From Candidatus Heimdallarchaeota archaeon (GTDB lineage Archaea > Asgardarchaeota > Heimdallarchaeia > JABLTI01), in assembly GCA_018238155.1 (NCBI GenBank), contig JABCTZ010000032.1, forward strand, positions 64,001 through 128,000: a stretch of 64,000 nt of DNA, given 5' to 3'. Shown piece by piece: positions 57,739-64,000 of the stretch (position 1 is its first letter; every line of letters starts with the position of its first letter). Made by a program: the position numbers and the translations under genes. The notes beneath the pieces are model-generated. The model searched no databases. It was not told the DNA's origin and saw only the letters and a program-made list of their open reading frames with translations.

Positions 57739-58992
57739 ATGGTTAACTGGACACAAATTAGAGATGATTTTCCTACACTTAAAAGAAAAATCGATGACAA
57801 ATCAATTGTCTATTTAGATAGCGCATGTAATAGCTTAAAACCGCAACAAGTTATTGATGCCCTCTGCTATTATTACACAAATCTTGGGGCTTGTGGTGGA
57901 CGATCAATACATTCACTTGCACGTGAAACTACCGAATTGAGAGATGATGCTCGAGAGAAAATTGCTAAACACATAAACGCTAGAAATACAAACGAAATTA
58001 TCTGGGTTAGAAATACAACAGAAGCAATTAATCTTATTGCAAATGCATTACATTTCGAGAAAGGACAGGAAATTATAACAACGAATCTTGAACATCATAG
58101 TGGAGTACTTCCTTTTCACAAAGTTATGGGACGAAAAAATCTAAAACTAAAAATAGTAGAAGCAGATAAAAGTGGTTTGTTTGACATAGAGGATTTCGAG
58201 AAAACAATCAACAAAAACACACGATTAATTTCTATCGTTCATACTTCAAACACTACAGGTACAACTGCACCTTTAGAAGAGATCATTAAAATTGCTCATG
58301 ATTATGGCGCATTAGTATTGTCTGATGATGCACAATATTTCCCACACAAAAAAACTGATGTTCAGAAATCTGATGCTGACTTTTGTGCTGTTAGCATGCA
58401 CAAAGCATTAGGTCCCTCTGGTATAGGTTTCTTGTATGGCAAAGAGCATCTATTAAAAGAAATGGATTCTTTCTTAGTTGGTGGAGATACCATTGAAGAT
58501 GTCAAATATATAGATGGAAAAGTAGTACCCACTTATTTGGAACCACCTCACAAATTTGAAGCTGGTTTACAAAATTATGCCGGAGAAATAGGTTCAGGAG
58601 CAGCAGTTGATTATCTTGATTCAATTGGTATGGAAAATATTGAAGCAAGAGAGCACATTTTAACAGAAAAATTACAAAAAGCATTGGAAAGTATCTCAAG
58701 TATTAATACTATAGGACCAAAAGATCCAAGTCAAAGAAGTGGACTAGTAGCATTCCAAATGAAGAATATAGAAACAACAGGTGACATAGCCAATTATTTG
58801 GATTCTGATGTAGAAGGGAATAAAATAATGATCCGAGCGGGAGCACATTGTACCAATCCTTTCCATTATCATATTGGAATTACACCAAGCACTGGAACAG
58901 CTCGAGCATCGATTTATGTCTATAATAATGAGGACGATATCAAACTTCTCAAAGATGCTTTAGAGGACCTTGATAAAATAGTAAATAGTTAA
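57739..58992 (+). CDS. sufS: Cysteine desulfurase, SufS type
   Basis: IRDDFP.L, YLDSA...KP, NTTEAIN, EHHS, SMHKALGPSGIG, KFEAG, RAGAHC, RAS...YN. Confidence 0.92.
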   Translation: MVNWTQIRDDFPTLKRKIDDKSIVYLDSACNSLKPQQVIDALCYYYTNLGACGGRSIHSLARETTELRDDAREKIAKHINARNTNEIIWVRNTTEAINLIANALHFEKGQEIITTNLEHHSGVLPFHKVMGRKNLKLKIVEADKSGLFDIEDFEKTINKNTRLISIVHTSNTTGTTAPLEEIIKIAHDYGALVLSDDAQYFPHKKTDVQKSDADFCAVSMHKALGPSGIGFLYGKEHLLKEMDSFLVGGDTIEDVKYIDGKVVPTYLEPPHKFEAGLQNYAGEIGSGAAVDYLDSIGMENIEAREHILTEKLQKALESISSINTIGPKDPSQRSGLVAFQMKNIETTGDIANYLDSDVEGNKIMIRAGAHCTNPFHYHIGITPSTGTARASIYVYNNEDDIKLLKDALEDLDKIVNS

Positions 58993-59020
58993 AAAGTAAA
59001 TATATTACCCTACTATACTC

Positions 59021-60592
59021 TTAACCATTCCAAAGGTTAAAGGGTAATTTCTCTTTTTCTTCATCGCTTGTTGAAAAACCTCTTTTTTCGCTTCTTACAG
59101 CATTTTCAAAAGAACCATACCTTTGTACTATTTGATCTTCTAGAGGTTTTGCAATTTCCACAGCAGCTTTTACATGCTTTGAGGTAATTCTATCATCACC
59201 ATTTGTCATCGCAAGATCACCTGCAACTTTAATTAAACCTGCAAGCTCTCTTAGACGTAACGTCAATGATGCTTCTTCCTTATCGACATTTTCAGCAATA
59301 TATCTGGCATATTTTATTATGTCATTGATACCTCTTCGATCCATTGCAGGAATTTTATTATCTCTTAAAATTTCTTGAGCAATAAATTGCATTAATTTCA
59401 TTCTGTTTCCTTCATTATCAAGCATGGCTGTTTTTAAGAGAATTTCATAGCCATCACCTTGAATCCTTGAACGCATAGGTGGTAATATTTTTGGAAGATC
59501 TGCAAGATTACAGGCAGCAACAAGAACGAAATCACAAGGAACATTATCTATTCTTACAGATGCACCTGAGCTTTGAGGATTTCTACCAATTATCGGGAAC
59601 TTTCGCTCTTGCATTGCTGTTAATAATGACCTTTGTAAAGCACCAAGCTGAGAAATTTCATCCACAAATAGAACTCCTTGATGAGCTTCATGTATACTTC
59701 CTGCTATTACTCGTTTGTATGGTGGAGTTCCTAGCTTATGATGCCCACCGTATGGATCATGCAAGCAATCTCCCAGTAATTCAGTTGCACTTGCACCTGT
59801 TGCTTGAACAAAAAGAGATCTCCTAATAGGAACTAAAACCTTCATTGGCTTTGTTCCTTTTTTAGCTTTAGAAAGTTCAATAGCTTCTTGGTCAAATACT
59901 CTAATACTATTTCCGGATTCTTCAAACAAAAGGATTTCTTCTCTGCCATCTGGAAGGTAAATCGCTTTTGATACCTTAGAACCATCTGTTGTTTTTGCAG
60001 TGAATGGTGAAAGTGAAAGCAAATCTCCAAATCTAGAAGATGATTTCTTACGTTTTGATTTATTACAATGAGGACATAACCGTGTTTCCGGGATAGAAAA
60101 ACCAGAACAGTGCTCACACCCATACCCTAGTTTTACTGCAACATCAAATGGTGCTTTAGACGGATGAATTAACTTTCCAAATTCACTATTTGTAGTTGTT
60201 TTTTGATTTCTCAGACGAAGTTCGTGTAATTGTTTAACTTCAAAAAATGGTCTTTCGGGGTTTTCTGGATTATGTACAATCCATATCTCTTCAGATGGCT
60301 GTCCAAGGTGAAAAGATAATGCTTGTGCTATCATTGACTTTCCAATTCCTGGGGGACCAATAAGCAATAAGTTTCTTCTTTGTTGAGCAGCCATACGAGC
60401 TACTTTAATAGCGAAATCTTGTCCGATTATTCTTTTCAGAGGGTCTTTTGGAATTGGAATATCAAAAGTATCTTCAATATCTCGTAATCTTACTATATGT
60501 GATTCATCTCGAGGTTGAGCTATTCTAGAATTCTCATTCTTGGTACTAGTAGATGATTGTTCCGATTGAAAAAAATCTTTGCCTCTTGACAT
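59021..60592 (-). CDS. LonB-like AAA+ ATPase lacking the protease domain, with Zn-ribbon insertion
   Basis: IIGQD, GPPGIGKS, LLGD..HDPYGG, RV.AG.IHEAHQGVLFVDEI, QSSGASV, PCDFVLV, LTLRLRELAGL; ends without a Ser-Lys domain. Confidence 0.88.
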   Translation of the reverse strand: MSRGKDFFQSEQSSTSTKNENSRIAQPRDESHIVRLRDIEDTFDIPIPKDPLKRIIGQDFAIKVARMAAQQRRNLLLIGPPGIGKSMIAQALSFHLGQPSEEIWIVHNPENPERPFFEVKQLHELRLRNQKTTTNSEFGKLIHPSKAPFDVAVKLGYGCEHCSGFSIPETRLCPHCNKSKRKKSSSRFGDLLSLSPFTAKTTDGSKVSKAIYLPDGREEILLFEESGNSIRVFDQEAIELSKAKKGTKPMKVLVPIRRSLFVQATGASATELLGDCLHDPYGGHHKLGTPPYKRVIAGSIHEAHQGVLFVDEISQLGALQRSLLTAMQERKFPIIGRNPQSSGASVRIDNVPCDFVLVAACNLADLPKILPPMRSRIQGDGYEILLKTAMLDNEGNRMKLMQFIAQEILRDNKIPAMDRRGINDIIKYARYIAENVDKEEASLTLRLRELAGLIKVAGDLAMTNGDDRITSKHVKAAVEIAKPLEDQIVQRYGSFENAVRSEKRGFSTSDEEKEKLPFNLWNG

Positions 60593-60669
60593 TGGTGTTG
60601 CACAAATAGATATTAGACATTGTTTTTCTTAAAACAATAGATTATCCATATATTATGAGAAACAATTAA

Positions 60670-60720
60670 ATAAAAAAGAGAAATTCTTTAGCTGGTAGAA
60701 AAAAACTCGCTACCAACTAA
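60670..60720 (-). terminator. Hairpin terminator of dnaG
   Basis: Minus strand TTAGTTGGTAG-11 nt-CTACCAGCTAA (one U-G pair) followed by agaatttctctttttt. Confidence 0.55.
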
Positions 60721-60738
60721 ATAAGTAATTAGAATTTT

Positions 60739-62196
60739 CTAAGCAAAACTAAATATTTTGGTTTTATTTGGTCTTCTTGAAAGTTCAGCTATTCGAGCCC
60801 CAATTAAAGTACTGATATTTTTTTCTTCACAAGCATCAATTAATCTTTGAGTTATAATGCCATCAAAAATAACTGTAATAACACTTGATTTTGCTTTTTT
60901 GATTTCATCATAGATTGAAATGACTTTGACTTTTTTCACTTGCTTTTTCTTTTCATTGAGGAAAATACCTTCTTGTTTTTCCTTTCCATCGATATCTTTA
61001 ACGAAGGTTAGTAATTCTTCGGGAATTTTAGGGGGTGGTGGACGACTATAATATTCACTTGAGCGGCTATCTCTCGAAGATCGTCTATCACCTCCACTTC
61101 GTGGGTGTGGTCTTCTACTTCTATTATCTCTTGATTGATATCTTGGAGATGAAGAGCTTCTTGAATCCCTTGACTGATAGGATTGTCTTCTAGTTCCTGA
61201 GGATGCTTGAACATGTGTTCTCTTCTTCTCTTGAGTAGGTTCGGGTGAAACTTTGGTTGCTATTTTTGGAGGAATTGTTTTTCCTTTAATTTTTGTTCCT
61301 CCTCTTGTTTGCTTTCTTTTGATTGCTTTTACAAGAATTTCATTAGCATGAATTTCAGTCACGAAACCTGCTTCTTCTATAGGAACTTTTTTGCCGAGGT
61401 GATCGACAATTTCCTTTGGTTTCAAATCTTCAACTTCAACACCTGTTGGTGCACGAGCAACATAATCAACTTCGCTATACATTAGAAGCTCTTTTAGTAT
61501 CAAATCTCCACCACGGTCTCCATCTAGAAACGCGATTGTTGTTTTTTTCTTGGTAAGATCACTAACAGCTCTTGGAACAGATGCTCCTTGGACCGCTACG
61601 GTATTTCTAACACCTGCTCGTAAGCAAGCAGCAATATCCGCTCTGCCCTCAACAATAATGATAGTATCTGAACTGTTCAATTCGGGTCCAGCTGGTAGAG
61701 GACCATAGTTGGTAATACCACCAACTCGAGCAGCTTTAATCACTTCATCGTGAATTTCACTTGAATCTTGAGAAGTCTCTGTTTCCCATTTCTTAAGAAG
61801 ATCTGAAGCACGTGAGATGATTTTCTTTCGTTTTTCTTCACGAACATCTTCTATTTTCTTTATGCTAATTTTTGCATTGCATGGACCAATTCTATCAACT
61901 GTTTCAATAGCTGCTGCTAAAATTGATGTTTCAACTTTATCAAGGCTGGATGGAACTGAGAGATTTCCTTTAGTTTTTCCTCCACGTATGATAAGGCTTA
62001 CTTGAATTCTTCCAACTCTTCCGCCTTTTTGCAATTCACGTAAATCAAGATCATCTGAGAGCAAACCTTCTGTTTGGCCAAATAAAGCACCAACGACATC
62101 AGGTTTCTCAACGATGCCTTCAATAGCGAAATCAGCATGAATCATGTATTTTGTTGTTGTTGATTCCTCGTTATTATGATTTTTAGTATATGGCAT
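60739..62196 (-). CDS. dnaG: Archaeal DnaG (exosome-associated TOPRIM protein)
   Basis: KY.I.A.F...G.VEKPDVVGA.FGQTEGLL, ELQK.GR.GRI, VEGRAD, DGDRGG, DGIITQRL; ATG 62196 with SD GGAGGT (ORF track 62298 is probably too long). Confidence 0.96.
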   Translation of the reverse strand: MPYTKNHNNEESTTTKYMIHADFAIEGIVEKPDVVGALFGQTEGLLSDDLDLRELQKGGRVGRIQVSLIIRGGKTKGNLSVPSSLDKVETSILAAAIETVDRIGPCNAKISIKKIEDVREEKRKKIISRASDLLKKWETETSQDSSEIHDEVIKAARVGGITNYGPLPAGPELNSSDTIIIVEGRADIAACLRAGVRNTVAVQGASVPRAVSDLTKKKTTIAFLDGDRGGDLILKELLMYSEVDYVARAPTGVEVEDLKPKEIVDHLGKKVPIEEAGFVTEIHANEILVKAIKRKQTRGGTKIKGKTIPPKIATKVSPEPTQEKKRTHVQASSGTRRQSYQSRDSRSSSSPRYQSRDNRSRRPHPRSGGDRRSSRDSRSSEYYSRPPPPKIPEELLTFVKDIDGKEKQEGIFLNEKKKQVKKVKVISIYDEIKKAKSSVITVIFDGIITQRLIDACEEKNISTLIGARIAELSRRPNKTKIFSFA

Positions 62197-62850
62197 TAAT
62201 TTTATACCTCCAATATTAACTTGGGTTAAATTGTTCAAATGACACATTTGTTGTAAAAATCGCTTTGGAGATTTTTTTCTTACACCTTTAAAGAGCAAGC
62301 GAAATAATAGGTTTTTTTTATTCTAACCTATGTATCTCAAATATCTCCTGATCAAAAAGAAAACGAATAGTCATCAATTATTGATATTTTTAGGAAATTA
62401 CCTTAGTAATTTTTCTTATATCTTTGAGCAATAGTAATAATTTGAAATTATTTTAATATTATTGCATTAATCCTATTTGATTATTTTATCTAAATTATTT
62501 CTCAACCACTTTTGTGGGAGTTAGTAATCGTGATTTGATGATGAGGCTCTGTTTATTTATTGTTTTTTTCTGTGAGCCTGTAATATTCTTAATTATTCTT
62601 TATGATCAATATATTCGATTCTTAGCAATCAATTGTCATTCGATTGTTAAGTCAAATGTGCCTAAGAGGTTTTTAAACCTTTGTCTGTTGCTGATTGCAA
62701 CCCGAAATTGAAATGAATTAATAGTTACAAAAATTGATTAAATCGATTTTCACTCTTACAAAAGGTAAGTCTTTTATTGTTGAAACAAACATTTTTCTAT
62801 TGGATGAAGTAATTTATTTCCACTCGTTGATGTTGGAGGAAAAAAAGACT

Positions 62851-64000
62851 TTGATTTCAAGAAAGAAAAAAATGACCATTTTAACTTTATTATTGATTCT
62901 TTTAGCTGGGAATATTTCTACCTTTATATTTACTGCAGAAGATACTATAGCAAAAGTACCCTTTAGCGGAAGCGGTGGATTAGATACTCAAGGATATTAT
63001 TACTCGCATTGGAATGAAACCATTACCGTTGGAATGGATGGATCACTGCTAATTATTGAGGAGATGACATTTAGAATGGATCCCGGTTCTTATGGATTTG
63101 CTTATAGAAATCTGAACTGGAAACTTTTTGATAATGTAAACAGTTGGAAAATAGAATCTGGGAATAATGCACCAAGTATTACCTATTATAAGATGGAAAA
63201 AACAGCTGAAGAAATTCAGTTCTACTGGGAATTTCCGAGAGATTATTATTCATCACATGTTAGCTTTACATTTGTTTTGACCTATAATGTCTCATCTGCT
63301 ATGGATTTGCGAGGAGAAAGGGATAGAGTATATTGGAACGTTATTGGAGATGAATTTGAAGTACCAATAAATGACATTTCAATTCGTGTAATCTTTCCTC
63401 AAGAATATGCCTTAGCTGATGTTCGATCAACTACTTATTTTCAAGGAACAAATCCTGGTGATGATACTGGGTCAAAATTGAATGTAGATGGAAAAACTCA
63501 TGTGACTTTCCATCAAAGCTCTGTAGGTGCATACGAATCTTATACCATTGATGTTGACACACCACCTGCAGGGATAATTATGCCTTTTAGTTGGAGAGTG
63601 TATTTGAATACGAATTGGTATTTATGTATAGCATTTGGTTTTATGCCTGTTTTGCTCTTCTTTGGATTGCTCTTCATTTTTAAAGGACTTGACCCAAAAG
63701 TAAAAAGTATCCCAACATTGAATGAAGTTACGTACAAAAAATGCATCCAATGTGGGTACAAAGATGCTCGAAAAATTAAATTCTGCCCAATGTGTGGCGA
63801 TGATGTTAAAATAGTAAATGAAATTGGCCCACCAAATAATCTAAGCCCAGCAGAAGTAGGAACTTTACTGGATGAGAAATTTGATAAGATTGATTTTGTT
63901 GCTGAATTCTTTTATCTCGCAGAAAAAGGTTATTTGAAAATTATTCAAACAGATAGATCAAGTGAGATTTATTTCCAAAGAACGGAAAAAGATGCTTATT
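62851..64000 (+). CDS. DUF2207-family membrane protein, truncated by the window edge (absent from the ORF track)
   Basis: Hand translation from TTG 62851 or ATG 62872 (SD GGAGG 62835) is open to 64000: signal/TM, ITVGMDGSLLIIEEMTF, YWNVIG..F.VPI, TM, PPNNLSPAEVGTL, LAEKGYLKI. Confidence 0.85.
   Translation, partial: MISRKKKMTILTLLLILLAGNISTFIFTAEDTIAKVPFSGSGGLDTQGYYYSHWNETITVGMDGSLLIIEEMTFRMDPGSYGFAYRNLNWKLFDNVNSWKIESGNNAPSITYYKMEKTAEEIQFYWEFPRDYYSSHVSFTFVLTYNVSSAMDLRGERDRVYWNVIGDEFEVPINDISIRVIFPQEYALADVRSTTYFQGTNPGDDTGSKLNVDGKTHVTFHQSSVGAYESYTIDVDTPPAGIIMPFSWRVYLNTNWYLCIAFGFMPVLLFFGLLFIFKGLDPKVKSIPTLNEVTYKKCIQCGYKDARKIKFCPMCGDDVKIVNEIGPPNNLSPAEVGTLLDEKFDKIDFVAEFFYLAEKGYLKIIQTDRSSEIYFQRTEKDAY

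Noticed and set aside
62299-62850. Long AT-rich gap as replication origin or ncRNA
   Set aside because: No ORB-like repeats, no adjacent orc1/cdc6, no convincing structure; consistent with divergent promoters
1502-63761. Numerous short ORFs antisense to or nested in long genes (e.g. 21102-21626, 16022-16501, 50271-50744, 63540-63761)
   Set aside because: Ser/Ile/Phe-rich shadow frames of well-supported genes
1-64000. CRISPR array, IS/transposase, integrase or provirus (including next to the tRNA)
   Set aside because: No regularly spaced repeats, recombinase motifs or duplicated tRNA 3' end were noticed by eye

Overview
AT-rich (about 30% GC by eye), gene-dense archaeal chromosome segment. 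Archaeal housekeeping genes (leuS, aIF5A, eL33, exosome DnaG, group 3b [NiFe] hydrogenase, pdxST) occur together with eukaryotic signature proteins (Vps4, Vps25, an Arf-like GTPase, longin/uDENN-like domains, a ZnF-RING protein, PCI-like winged helices), which points to an Asgard archaeon; the exact lineage cannot be fixed from this window. I see about 50 CDS and one tRNA-Gly(GCC), and no CRISPR array or recognisable mobile element. Best candidates for undescribed systems: (1) a threonine-synthase pseudoenzyme (Schiff-base Lys replaced by Leu) fused to a winged HTH, divergent from pdxST, with two tandem CAAGTT-N2-AACWTG palindromes between them, i.e. a putative PLP/vitamin B6-sensing regulator with its operators; (2) a uDENN/longin + Arf-like GTPase + 7TM operon; (3) a small protein with a beta-thymosin/WH2-like N-terminus fused to a Cys-rich metal-binding domain; (4) a HEAT solenoid ending in a ZnF-RING module resembling GATOR2 subunits; (5) a site-1-protease-like subtilase beside vps25-vps4. 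Bacterial-style hairpin terminators also recur. All family assignments come from motif recognition by eye; no searches were run.
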